Virus record (IMG/VR): IMGVR_UViG_3300033076_000961
Span: 1-35,230 of that record
Length of the DNA: 35,230 nt
Origin: a virus
Taxonomy: Duplodnaviria > Caudoviricetes
Direction: 5' to 3' (one strand)
Both the position numbers and the translations under genes were made by a program. The notes beneath the pieces are model-generated. The model searched no databases. It was not told where the DNA came from and saw only the letters and a program-made list of their open reading frames with translations. Positions 1 through 7,981 of the stretch are shown one piece after another. Each line of letters begins with the position of its first letter. The first letter of the stretch is position 1.

Positions 1-128
1 GCCCGATACTGAATATCTAGGCGGAGGAAATCGTCAAGACTTCCCCCATCCGTATGCCAGTCGCCAATATACATGCCGGCGACAGCTGACGCGGAGATGA
101 GAGCTGCGACAAAGATGTCCTCAAGCAT
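1..128 (-). CDS. Hypothetical protein, truncated by window edge (MLEDIFVAALISASAVAGMYIG...)
   Basis: ATG at 128 overlaps the end of the upstream ORF, preceded by GAGGAAGG; frame open to position 1; hydrophobic N-terminus. Confidence 0.5.
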   Translation of the reverse strand, partial: MLEDIFVAALISASAVAGMYIGDWHTDGGSLDDFLRLDIQYR

Positions 129-525
129 CGGTGCCTTCCTCTTTGCTTCCAGCTTTCAGCATTTCTATTTCCTGCATTGCAGCTTCCAGCTTTTTATCAA
201 TCCTGTCGCGCGCATTTGAGAGCGACGCAATCTCCCGTTCAAGATCCCACTTCTCTGATGCATGCTGCCGATTGAGGATCTGTATGCTTTCCAAGAGATC
301 ATTGCATGATCGACGCTCCCTTCTCTTGGAGTGCTGCTCAAGGTAATATTCCCTCTGAGCCAACATCAGAGACTTTCTTAATTCTTTGTTCTCATCCCAA
401 AGAAGAAAAAAGTTGCTCTCGTTAAACTCTGGCGCGTCCTTCAACAAAAATTCCATCTGCAGGTCTCTCATCTCCTGCTCAAGAACTTCCACCATTTTAA
501 TTCCACCATGAAGCTGATCGCTCAT
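121..525 (-). CDS. Hypothetical coiled-coil protein
   Basis: 134 aa, E/K/L-rich heptad pattern, AAGGGGG SD, co-oriented with neighbours. Confidence 0.7.
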   Translation of the reverse strand: MSDQLHGGIKMVEVLEQEMRDLQMEFLLKDAPEFNESNFFLLWDENKELRKSLMLAQREYYLEQHSKRRERRSCNDLLESIQILNRQHASEKWDLEREIASLSNARDRIDKKLEAAMQEIEMLKAGSKEEGTDA

Positions 526-535
526 GTCTTCCCCC

Positions 536-1189
536 TTATGACGTCAATGAGTTTACTGATGTGACAACCGCATCCATGCGCGCTGTTTGAATTAATGGCT
601 TGCCGTAAGGATCCTTTGGATCCTGAGCCAGCCACTGAACAGAAACGGGGCCGACGCCTTTCGCCATCCAGTAACGCGCTCCACCACCCGGCTTGCCGCC
701 CCATGACTGCAAGTAGGTGAAGACGAGGACGTCTTTGTAGCGAGCTAAATTATAGACAGCATATTGCGGGTCGCTCGGAAGGGAGTATTGCCATTCAGGC
801 AGCAGCTCCTCATACGCGACAATCTGCACACCCTGTGACATTGCCGGCGGCCACGACTGGAAGGGATCCATCTTTGGCTTATTGATAAACGTGCCGCCGA
901 TCTCTTCCTGATTGCCCCAGCCAATTCCGGGGCGCATGACAACCTTCTTCCCCGGGTAGTCATCCCGCCACTCGACGACGCCAAGACCGTATTGGTTCTG
1001 GTAATACCAAGTGTCCTTCCACGTCAGATGCGCGTCGTAGTCGACGTAGAGCATGCTGTCTGTGCCCTTGTCGTAGGCGAAGACAGACGTGATTGGCGGC
1101 ATGGATCCTGTCGGATCCGTGTAGTCGAAGCGACGCAGCTCGCCTGTTTTGAAGAAAGGCCAGTAATCAGCAATCAATATCTTCGACAT
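536..1189 (-). CDS. Hypothetical phage protein (W/Y/G-rich, probably beta-rich)
   Basis: 217 aa ORF with GGAGG SD; no motif I recognise. Confidence 0.8.
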   Translation of the reverse strand: MSKILIADYWPFFKTGELRRFDYTDPTGSMPPITSVFAYDKGTDSMLYVDYDAHLTWKDTWYYQNQYGLGVVEWRDDYPGKKVVMRPGIGWGNQEEIGGTFINKPKMDPFQSWPPAMSQGVQIVAYEELLPEWQYSLPSDPQYAVYNLARYKDVLVFTYLQSWGGKPGGGARYWMAKGVGPVSVQWLAQDPKDPYGKPLIQTARMDAVVTSVNSLTS

Positions 1190-1349
1190 ATTTTTCCTCC
1201 CTGAAGTGGCGGTGAAGTTCTTTCGGAAGACTGTTGTAAACTTCCGGCGACAATTTAATCTCCATAGACTGGAGGATTAACGCAAGCTCATATGCTGTGA
1301 TGTCTGGGTAAACATCCATCGCATACCAGTCACCCTTGATCTCTGACAT
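1167..1349 (-). CDS. Hypothetical protein
   Basis: 60 aa, AAGGAG SD, overlaps both neighbours. Confidence 0.65.
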   Translation of the reverse strand: MSEIKGDWYAMDVYPDITAYELALILQSMEIKLSPEVYNSLPKELHRHFREEKYVEDIDC

Positions 1350-1554
1350 TTTCTTTTCTCCTTGTCTCTTCCTTGTATGTTGCGCGTCGCGCTTTCCTAA
1401 GCTTACTGCGCGCCTCTTCTATTTTATCCTCTGGTGTGAAGTATCGATCAACATCCAAGTTTAAGCAGCAATCTATCCACAGCGTGATGATGTCGTTGAG
1501 GCGGCTTATTTCAGCTTCCAGCTTCTCAATCTTTTCGTTCTGAAAGTGTCCCAT
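1330..1554 (-). CDS. Hypothetical protein
   Basis: 74 aa; start codon and AAGGAG SD supplied by a junction repeat A copy. Confidence 0.65.
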   Translation of the reverse strand: MGHFQNEKIEKLEAEISRLNDIITLWIDCCLNLDVDRYFTPEDKIEEARSKLRKARRATYKEETRRKENVRDQG

Positions 1555-1825
1555 TTCCCGTCTCCTTCAATGCGGCGGCTGCGGCGCGTAGGTCGGCGTA
1601 TGTCACGCATTTTGCCCCAAACAGAAACCACTGTTCAGCGCCAGATAGCGACGGCGTGTCTTCCAGTTCCGCCAGAGTGGCAAACGGTTTCAGAGCCGCT
1701 TCCAACCCAGCAATGCGGGCGAGCGCCCTACGCAACGTAGCAACTACCTGAGCAGGCATTTCCGCACATTCTTTCGGGCCAATAACCCGCAATAGTGTGG
1801 TTAGTTCTTCTTCCGGTATTTTCAT
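1526..1825 (-). CDS. Cassette-array protein (ALKPFA...LRAAAAALKETG family)
   Basis: Start re-set to ATG 1825 (ATGA overlap with upstream stop, GGAG SD); shares motifs with five neighbouring ORFs. Confidence 0.7.
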   Translation of the reverse strand: MKIPEEELTTLLRVIGPKECAEMPAQVVATLRRALARIAGLEAALKPFATLAELEDTPSLSGAEQWFLFGAKCVTYADLRAAAAALKETGNGTLSERKD

Positions 1826-2088
1826 TCCTTTTCTCCCCGATAAGCGGCGCGGGCGGCGCGGAGGTCGCCAACAGTAAGATTGCTGAGCGGATCTATTTGC
1901 CAAACGTCAGAGAAACCCTCAAAAGACGTAACGTCGTCCGCAAACGGTTTCAGCGCCGCTTCAAGTTCCGCGATACGGGCGGCGGCCAGTTTGAACGTCG
2001 CAGCGTGAGGGATGTTCTTTTGCGACAGTTCTTGAAGCGACAACAGAATGTCACGAGGCGCATTGTCTGGCAGATATTGGTCAGTCAT
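1822..2088 (-). CDS. Cassette-array protein (ALKPFA...TVGDLRAARAAYRGEKE)
   Basis: Start re-set to ATG 2088 just after the upstream stop; shared motifs. Confidence 0.7.
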   Translation of the reverse strand: MTDQYLPDNAPRDILLSLQELSQKNIPHAATFKLAAARIAELEAALKPFADDVTSFEGFSDVWQIDPLSNLTVGDLRAARAAYRGEKE

Positions 2089-2090
2089 CG

Positions 2091-2357
2091 TTACCGTCCT
2101 GATTTGACGTGGAGCGTTTGTGATTTCCAATTCTTGTCGAAATCCGCACACGCAAGTTCTGGCGTGTCGCCAAATCCGCAGACGCCCATCATTAAATCCT
2201 CGCCGTATAAGGCGCACCATTGGTTGCCGTCTGGATAAACCTTCGGCTTAAAAATTATATGTGGCGCACAAGACGCCTGCATGGACCTAATTTGAAGCCG
2301 CCTAAAATCTTTCTCGTCAACAGCTTTCCAAATGTCACCTAAACTAGCTTCGGTCAT
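2091..2357 (-). CDS. Phage hypothetical protein, possibly HicB-like fold
   Basis: Motif DGNQWCALYGEDL..GVCGFGDTPELA resembles the G-x-T-x-E-E-A segment of HicB-type proteins. Confidence 0.6.
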   Translation of the reverse strand: MTEASLGDIWKAVDEKDFRRLQIRSMQASCAPHIIFKPKVYPDGNQWCALYGEDLMMGVCGFGDTPELACADFDKNWKSQTLHVKSGR

Positions 2358-2746
2358 TCTTTCTCTCCCCGATAAGCGGCGCGGGCGGCGCGGAGGTTTT
2401 CATCACGTATCAAGTTATGGCTGGCGTGTTTGTATCTATTGTCCCATGCGTCAGCAAACGGTTTCAGCGCCGCCCGCAGCTTCTCGATTTCCTCGCGTTC
2501 GCTAAGAAGCGCCCCATCAACAACCCATGACTGCGCGACTAGCTTTTCGTTTTCCGCCCGTAGCTTCTCGTTCTCTGCGCGCAATTCTTCAATTACCTTG
2601 CTAAGACGACCAATCTGCATGACGTAATGGGTGCTTGCCGTTTCATCTGCGTATTCCTTCACCGACTTGCGCGGTTCAGGCGTTTGGCCTTCCGCCAAAA
2701 CTTTGTCTCTGAGCGCTTTGACATTTTCTGGAATAACTTCACTCAT
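2354..2746 (-). CDS. Cassette-array coiled-coil protein
   Basis: 130 aa; tandem LRAENEK, EKLRAALKPFA, ends in repeat B. Confidence 0.8.
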   Translation of the reverse strand: MSEVIPENVKALRDKVLAEGQTPEPRKSVKEYADETASTHYVMQIGRLSKVIEELRAENEKLRAENEKLVAQSWVVDGALLSEREEIEKLRAALKPFADAWDNRYKHASHNLIRDENLRAARAAYRGEKE

Positions 2747-3167
2747 CCCCCGTCTCCTTCAATGCGGCGGCTGCGGCGCGTATGTGGCCGACTTTAATCG
2801 TGTCCATTTCATACCAATCATCATCGTCCATTTGGGATGGAACGTATTCCACCTCGTCGGCTAACGGTTTCAGCGCCGCCCGCAGCTTCTCGACCTGTCC
2901 TTTTGCTTCTAATAACTCGTCGTATATAAACTCGCACTTGGCTTGTAGCCTCTCGTTCTCTGCACGCAACTCGTCAAAATAGACCACATCTTCCCGCGCT
3001 TGGTCTGTTTCAGCATCAAGCATATGGCGTAGCTTCTCGTTCTCTGCGCGGAGGCGGGCATTTTCTTTGCTCAATTCGCTGTGTTGGTGAACAAGCGAAT
3101 ATTTCAAAATGTATTCAGGGTCGGCTTGGCCGCCCATAAAGAACTTTTCAGGCAGTTCGTCACTCAT
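2739..3167 (-). CDS. Cassette-array coiled-coil protein
   Basis: 142 aa; LRAENEK, EKLRAALKPLA, ends in repeat A. Confidence 0.8.
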   Translation of the reverse strand: MSDELPEKFFMGGQADPEYILKYSLVHQHSELSKENARLRAENEKLRHMLDAETDQAREDVVYFDELRAENERLQAKCEFIYDELLEAKGQVEKLRAALKPLADEVEYVPSQMDDDDWYEMDTIKVGHIRAAAAALKETGDE

Positions 3168-3408
3168 CCCCCGTCTCCTTCAATGCGGCGGCTGCGGAGC
3201 GAAGTTCGCCAACTGTCGGCTGAAAATCCCTATCCCAAGCCGGTTGCGCGTCAGGCTCTACGTCATAATATTCGGCAAGTTCAGCAAACGGCTTCAACGC
3301 CGCCCGCAGCTTCTCGTTCTCTGCGCGGAGGCGGAGGAGTTCTTCTGCCAATTCATACAATTTTGCTGAATAAAGGCAGTCACGACCTTTCGGGCAATCA
3401 TCAGTCAT
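3160..3408 (-). CDS. Cassette-array protein
   Basis: Start re-set to ATG 3408 (ATGA overlap); LRAENEKLRAALKPFA...TVGELRSAAAALKETGDE. Confidence 0.75.
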   Translation of the reverse strand: MTDDCPKGRDCLYSAKLYELAEELLRLRAENEKLRAALKPFAELAEYYDVEPDAQPAWDRDFQPTVGELRSAAAALKETGDE

Positions 3409-3509
3409 ATCCAATGGCTCCATTCCTTTTGTAACTTCCACAGGATTATCCCAAGAACGATTACTGCGCCGATTATTGCGCCGCCGATGAAAAATAGTGC
3501 GTCACTCAT
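3405..3509 (-). CDS. 34 aa single-pass membrane peptide (MSDALFFIGGAIIGAVIVLGIILWKLQKEWSHWI)
   Basis: Below the ORF-track cut-off; SD and start come from repeat A, stop overlaps the next ATG; one hydrophobic helix. Confidence 0.7.
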   Translation of the reverse strand: MSDALFFIGGAIIGAVIVLGIILWKLQKEWSHWI

Positions 3510-3810
3510 TCCCCGTCTCCTTTAATGCGGCGGCTGCGGCGCGGGCTTTGGTTATTTCTTCCCACAATGCGAAAACGCTGTCTTTCGACACGACCATCCC
3601 AGAGTTATCTGACATCGCGTCGTGCCAGTGCCGCACATTATCCGCCGCCTCAATAAGCGCGTTCAACGCCGCCCGTAGCTTCTCGACTTCCCGTGCTTGC
3701 TTATGGATCAGCGACAAAGCCCGCAAAACTAATCCCGCTTCTTCGCCATAGCCCTTGCCTGCAAGCCAATCGTCCAGCAGGTCAAGGTCGTGGGTTATGT
3801 CGTCACTCAT
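3502..3810 (-). CDS. Cassette-array protein
   Basis: 102 aa; EKLRAAL and RAAAAALKETGNE. Confidence 0.8.
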   Translation of the reverse strand: MSDDITHDLDLLDDWLAGKGYGEEAGLVLRALSLIHKQAREVEKLRAALNALIEAADNVRHWHDAMSDNSGMVVSKDSVFALWEEITKARAAAAALKETGNE

Positions 3811-3834
3811 CCCCCGTCTCCTTCAATGCAGAGG

Positions 3835-4038
3835 CTAACCTGTAGCCTCGTAAACACGTGTCTTGTCTCTGATGACAGAAATAGTCGCCCGCAGGGAAGT
3901 TTCGCTGCGGCCGCCAAGCGCGATCCCGACTTCTTTAACCGTGCGACCTTCCTGCAAAAGCGCCCAAATTTTTTCTTCGTAGGGCGTCAATTTGTTCGGG
4001 TCTTTCCATGAACGGTAAGGGTCTATCCGCATCCTCAT
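3835..4038 (-). CDS. Small LuxR/sigma4-like helix-turn-helix protein
   Basis: LTPYEEKIWALLQEGRTVKEVGIALG matches the LuxR-type HTH pattern; start re-set to ATG 4038. Confidence 0.7.
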   Translation of the reverse strand: MRMRIDPYRSWKDPNKLTPYEEKIWALLQEGRTVKEVGIALGGRSETSLRATISVIRDKTRVYEATG

Positions 4039-4151
4039 TGTCTCGCCCTCTTGTAGTCGTCGATCCAGCACAGGAAGACGCCGGACACGAGACCAAAGCC
4101 AAAGAAGAACAGGTCGATGCCCGCGTCGCTAATCATTTCGATAATGCTCAT
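4035..4151 (-). CDS. 38 aa putative membrane peptide (MSIIEMISDAGIDLFFFGFGLVSGVFLCWIDDYKRARQ)
   Basis: ATGA overlaps at both ends (polymerase stop and HTH start); hydrophobic core. Confidence 0.55.
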   Translation of the reverse strand: MSIIEMISDAGIDLFFFGFGLVSGVFLCWIDDYKRARQ

Positions 4152-6136
4152 TTGCCGTAACGCTCCATTACTTTGACGTCCGCGCCAACGGGTAGACCGT
4201 CAGCCCACGCCGGAACCGCCGTCATCGCCATCTTCAAATCGTGCAAGCGTTCCCATTCCGTGAAGCCGTCGACGCCTTCGATGCAGACAACTTCGTCGTG
4301 GATTGTCACGAGCGGCTTCACTGTTGCGGGTAGGAGTTTCAGCGTCTCGCGCAGAAGATCAGACGCGACAGCTTGGACAATGTTCTCGCAGAGCTTGCCG
4401 CCGTAAGTCGTGACGGCTTCCCATCTGCGTGTAGTTTGATTGACACCGTCGTAGACGATACGCGGCGCGAAGCCGTCGTCGCCGTCGACCAAGCGCACAT
4501 TGCGGTAGACAAGGTGTCGGCCGGACGGCAAACCAATTAAAAGACAACCGGCCAGCTTGCGCGAACCCATCGCCATTTTGATATGGCCCCAACGCAAGAC
4601 GCCCTTGTGTGTGCCTTCAATGACGCTGCGCGCCATCTTTTCCATGCCGCGCCAAAAGCTGACGATATGCAAGTTGGCGTCGCGCCATGCCTTCACGGCT
4701 GTCTGGGCTTCATCGTCAGTAAGCGTAAGACCATACGTTGCAGCAGTATCTTTGAACTTAGACCAACCCATGCCAAAGCCGCACGCAAGAACGAGGACCT
4801 TGCCGAATTGCCTGTCTTTCGACCCGAGTTTATTCGCGGTGTAGGTGTAGACGTCTTCTCCAGAGGCAAAGACATCAAGAATGTCCTGTTGCCCTGCCAG
4901 CCACGCAACAACCCGCGCTTCGATCTGAGAGAAGTCGCCAACATAGAACTTGCCCGTTTTGGGTTTGAAGCAGCCGCGTAGACAGCTAGACAGAACTTCC
5001 ATTGTGGTTACGCCAGCAGGGGGCGCGTAGAAGTTGCCCAACTCGACGATAGCTTCGATCTCGGTCTTGGGGTCGACGCCTTTGACGCCGCGAGGCAGGT
5101 TTTGGACCTGAACTAATCTTCCGGCCCAACGCCCTGTGCGTGACGCGCCATAGAACTGCGTCAGACCGCGAATGGTGGCGTCAGGCATCGTGCAGTTTGC
5201 CATCGCTTGTAGTTTGGCGACGGAACTTTTCGCGGCCTCTTTGCGGATACGCAGCACGAGCGCCACGTCTTTCGGGATACCCATTCCTGTCTTTTTATGG
5301 CGGTAACACGTAGGGCCGTCTTCGAGCTGGGACAGAAAAGCATCTATGTCTTCCTTCGCCGTAGACGGCAGCATCTTCTGCGCGCTGATCGCCGGGATAG
5401 ACACGGCTTCCATGCGCTCGTGACAAAACTTGAGAAGCGCGCCGACAGAATTGACGGAATTGACCGCGCCTTTGGAAGCAAGACGCATTTGCTCGTCTAG
5501 GCGCTTTACAGACAGCTCGGCTATGCCGCGCATGGCGTCGACAGCGACAGTGTCGACAGGAAGACCTGCGCACATCATTTCGTGGTCGAGGTGCCACATC
5601 ACCTGCTCCGACGCGGGCAGGTCTGGGAGCTGATTAGCGATGTCGCGTTCGGTCTCAACGTCCTGCGCGCAATAGGCGCAGAGACGGTCATACTTGTCTG
5701 GATCGGTGTCGTGCCAGAAGGTCCCGTCCTTGCGGGGCTTGGACATCTGGAGCATGAGCCGGTGTCCGGCCATGTCCTTTTGCCAGCCGGTGCGCAACGC
5801 CTCGGCGGCCTGTTCCAGCTTACCGGGAAGACCCCAATACATCGCGCGGATCATCGTGCAGCGCCAACGCCACGCGGATATGCCTTTCAGCAGCGGCGAC
5901 AGCATTTCAAAGCCGCCCGCGTTCCAAGCATGGAACTCGTAGTCGTCGTCCGCCATAGCGGCGTAAAGGTCGTGAGGAATGTTCGGGTCTTTGGCTGCGC
6001 GCCAGACCTTCACGGGGCCGTCGTCAACGGCGTAAGCGACGCAGAGAAGTCGCGCCGTTTGCATGTAGACATGAGAGCCGATCTTTTTGAGATCGGCCCC
6101 CAGCGTCTCAATGTCGATTGAGACTTTGTGTTTCAT
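4148..6136 (-). CDS. polA: Phage DNA polymerase, family A, with 3'-5' exonuclease
   Basis: Exo motifs SIDIET, NAGGFE, YCAQD; polymerase motifs TGRWAG..VQVQNLPR, GDFSQIEAR (A), RQFGKVLVLACGFG (B), IHDEV (C). Confidence 0.96.
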   Translation of the reverse strand: MKHKVSIDIETLGADLKKIGSHVYMQTARLLCVAYAVDDGPVKVWRAAKDPNIPHDLYAAMADDDYEFHAWNAGGFEMLSPLLKGISAWRWRCTMIRAMYWGLPGKLEQAAEALRTGWQKDMAGHRLMLQMSKPRKDGTFWHDTDPDKYDRLCAYCAQDVETERDIANQLPDLPASEQVMWHLDHEMMCAGLPVDTVAVDAMRGIAELSVKRLDEQMRLASKGAVNSVNSVGALLKFCHERMEAVSIPAISAQKMLPSTAKEDIDAFLSQLEDGPTCYRHKKTGMGIPKDVALVLRIRKEAAKSSVAKLQAMANCTMPDATIRGLTQFYGASRTGRWAGRLVQVQNLPRGVKGVDPKTEIEAIVELGNFYAPPAGVTTMEVLSSCLRGCFKPKTGKFYVGDFSQIEARVVAWLAGQQDILDVFASGEDVYTYTANKLGSKDRQFGKVLVLACGFGMGWSKFKDTAATYGLTLTDDEAQTAVKAWRDANLHIVSFWRGMEKMARSVIEGTHKGVLRWGHIKMAMGSRKLAGCLLIGLPSGRHLVYRNVRLVDGDDGFAPRIVYDGVNQTTRRWEAVTTYGGKLCENIVQAVASDLLRETLKLLPATVKPLVTIHDEVVCIEGVDGFTEWERLHDLKMAMTAVPAWADGLPVGADVKVMERYGK

Positions 6137-6267
6137 TTCCGCTTGCCCCGCAGGGTCTCGGAAACGCGTCCGCTATTGACGTTGAACTTCTCCGCAATCT
6201 GCATTTGCGAGAAGGTCGGATTGGCCTTCGCAAATGTCTTGATCTTCTGGCGAAGCGCAGGCGTCAT
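6133..6267 (-). CDS. Small HTH DNA-binding protein (MTPALRQKIKTFAKANPTFSQMQIAEKFNVNSGRVSETLRGKRK), possibly 5'-truncated
   Basis: Not in the ORF track; HTH pattern SQMQIAEKFNVNSGRVS; ATGA overlaps at both ends. Confidence 0.7.
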   Translation of the reverse strand: MTPALRQKIKTFAKANPTFSQMQIAEKFNVNSGRVSETLRGKRK

Positions 6268-6599
6268 CCGGGTAGACGTGCGGGGTCCGCGTTCGCTAAA
6301 CCTCCGCGTAATCTGCTCGGACAGCAGCTCGTCACCGTGGGCGTGACGCGCTCGGCGGCGAGGCGGGAATAACCGGATATGTCATCCCAATGATCGCGGT
6401 GGTTCGGGTCCCCCGCGAGGATGCGCCCCATCTTGTGCGTCAACATGTCGAGCGCTTCGCGCTGGACCGGTGACAGCACAGGCCAGTTGCGGGCCTTGTA
6501 AACGACCTGTTTCAAGTCCTGCGTGATCTGCGCATGTTCGGTATAGTCGCCGTGAACCTTGCCACGCTCGGCAAGCAGCACATCAATATTATCTGTCAT
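6264..6599 (-). CDS. DUF6378-like phage protein
   Basis: LAERGKVHGDY, KMGRILAGDP, DHWDDISGY; start re-set to ATG 6599 (GGGGGA SD). Confidence 0.8.
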   Translation of the reverse strand: MTDNIDVLLAERGKVHGDYTEHAQITQDLKQVVYKARNWPVLSPVQREALDMLTHKMGRILAGDPNHRDHWDDISGYSRLAAERVTPTVTSCCPSRLRGGLANADPARLPG

Positions 6600-6611
6600 G
6601 TCTGTATCCCC

Positions 6612-6649
6612 CAAAACAAGACAGAGGGGGTAAAAAAATATACCCCCTC
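6612..6649 (-). terminator. Probable intrinsic terminator after the SSB gene
   Basis: 9 bp stem GAGGGGGTA/TACCCCCTC (6624-6649), then TGTCTTGTTTT on the minus strand. Confidence 0.55.
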
Positions 6650-6662
6650 CAAGGTTAGATGA

Positions 6663-7196
6663 TTAGAACGGCGCGTCTTCCGTCTCGTCTTCAAGAGCGG
6701 AGAACTCGTCGCGTGCAGCCATGCGGCCATCAAGGCGCGGCATGTCTTTCTTGGCGATCTGGACGTTTAACAGCCCAAGACCGACACCCTTGTTGCCCGC
6801 TTGGTTGTAGCCAAAGGGGCGGATCGTCGCGCGGACGCGCTGTCCGGCGAAGACTTCGTCAGGCATGTCGATTTCCTCAAGACGCGGACCAATGATCCCC
6901 GGCTTCGATTTCGACCATGCAGAGATATATTTGTCGCCCGCGTTGTAACCGGCGTATTCCTTCTCTCCGGCGTCGCGGATCGGGTTGCGCCAATTCGACG
7001 GGACCTTGCCGCCAAAGAACGTCTTGGCTTCTTCCTCGACGGCGGCGACCAGCGCCTTAAACTCTTTCGTCTTCTGCGCTTCCGCGTCGAAAACGATGTT
7101 GAGCGAATAGCGCGGTTCCGCTCCCTCGACAGGGGCCTTCGGCTGGAAGACCTGCGGGAAAGACAAAATACCGATAGGCGTAGTGATCTTAGCCAT
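6663..7196 (-). CDS. Single-stranded DNA-binding protein, DUF2815 / gp2.5-like
   Basis: LSFPQVF, PIRDAG, GNKGVGLGLLNVQ, acidic tail ending in Phe; lies between DUF2800 and polA. Confidence 0.88.
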   Translation of the reverse strand: MAKITTPIGILSFPQVFQPKAPVEGAEPRYSLNIVFDAEAQKTKEFKALVAAVEEEAKTFFGGKVPSNWRNPIRDAGEKEYAGYNAGDKYISAWSKSKPGIIGPRLEEIDMPDEVFAGQRVRATIRPFGYNQAGNKGVGLGLLNVQIAKKDMPRLDGRMAARDEFSALEDETEDAPF

Positions 7197-7222
7197 TTTT
7201 AACCTCATGGGACTGTTTGGGA

Positions 7223-7981
7223 CTAATCAAGCGCGGCAAAGTCTTGTCGCGCCTGTGCGGTCTTTGTCTTGTGTTTTTCAGGACATTGACCCGACGCCGC
7301 TGGACACCAGCGGCAATGCTTACCCTCGACGAGCGCCAAATCTTTAACGTCGTCGTTGGCGATAAGCTCGACAGTCGGCTTCAAGACAGAGTGACCCCAA
7401 TCCAGAAGATCAACAGTCGGTATTTCCCAATGCCTGACGGGGCCATCGGGATGCACGCAACGCGGTTGGACAACCGTCATGCGCACAAACTCCGGGGGAA
7501 CGATGCTGTCTGGTAAAGACAGGAGAACCCCCAAGGCGTAATAGAGTAGCTGTGAATTGTCTTGGACCTCGACAGCAACACCTGCGCCGTATTTCAAATC
7601 AACAATGTGCAACGTGCTTGGATACGCTGTCAGGCAGACAAAGTCGGCGGTGCCGAACATATCTTCCGGCGGCGTGTCTCCCTCCAGCTCCCAGAGCGGC
7701 GCGAGCGATACGCGCTTCTCGACAGCATGGAACGGCGACTGCTTGGCAAGTTCCGTTACATAATCAACGTAGGGTTTCACCCAACGCTGCATTTCCTTCG
7801 TGTCTTCCAAGTCCAGCACGTTTTGGCCGACCAACATGCTTTCGGCCACCCAATGCGCCTTTGTGCCTTCGTCAGCCCACTTCGACGACTTCCGCTCCAG
7901 CCCTTTAGACAAGCGCGGCGACATCGTGCAGTTGAGCCAAATGTAGGCTCCCGACGCGGACAGTCTGGCGTGTGCGCTCAT
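7223..7981 (-). CDS. DUF2800 / Cas4-like PD-(D/E)xK exonuclease
   Basis: HARLSASG..WLNC, GTKAH, GTADF, VDLKYG, QLLYYALG, C-terminal CRWC...C. Confidence 0.9.
   Translation of the reverse strand: MSAHARLSASGAYIWLNCTMSPRLSKGLERKSSKWADEGTKAHWVAESMLVGQNVLDLEDTKEMQRWVKPYVDYVTELAKQSPFHAVEKRVSLAPLWELEGDTPPEDMFGTADFVCLTAYPSTLHIVDLKYGAGVAVEVQDNSQLLYYALGVLLSLPDSIVPPEFVRMTVVQPRCVHPDGPVRHWEIPTVDLLDWGHSVLKPTVELIANDDVKDLALVEGKHCRWCPAASGQCPEKHKTKTAQARQDFAALD

Larger units (their letters stand above)
1822..2397 (-). repeat. Junction repeat B, 2 copies (1822-1865, 2354-2397)
   Basis: 44 bp, 42/44 identical: ACCTCCGCGCCGCCCGCGCCGCTTATCGGGGAGARAARGAATGA, i.e. LRAARAAYRGEKE* plus SD and ATGA overlap. Confidence 0.95.
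1680..3686 (-). repeat. Internal repeat C (EKLRAALKPFA), 6 full or partial copies (about 1680-1699, 1940-1959, 2454-2486, 2860-2892, 3284-3316, 3662-3686)
   Basis: Plus-strand consensus GCAAACGGTTTCAGCGCCGCCCGCAGCTTCTCG; related LRAENEK unit also near 2540-2583, 3028-3056 and 3305-3333. Confidence 0.9.
1552..3829 (-). repeat. Junction repeat A, 5 copies (about 1552-1588, 2739-2780, 3160-3201, 3502-3543, partial 3803-3829)
   Basis: Coding-strand consensus CGCGCCGCAGCCGCCGCATTGAAGGAGACGGGGGATGAGTGA, i.e. C-terminus RAAAAALKETGDE* plus SD and start codon of the next gene. Confidence 0.95.

Noticed and set aside
1552-3829. CRISPR array or integron reading of the repeats
   Set aside because: Repeats are protein-coding and separated by hundreds of bp of variable length; no attC-like palindromes, integron integrase or cas operon
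7223-7981. cas4 as evidence of CRISPR-Cas
   Set aside because: It is the DUF2800-type nuclease of the common SSB/PolA phage replication module; no other cas genes
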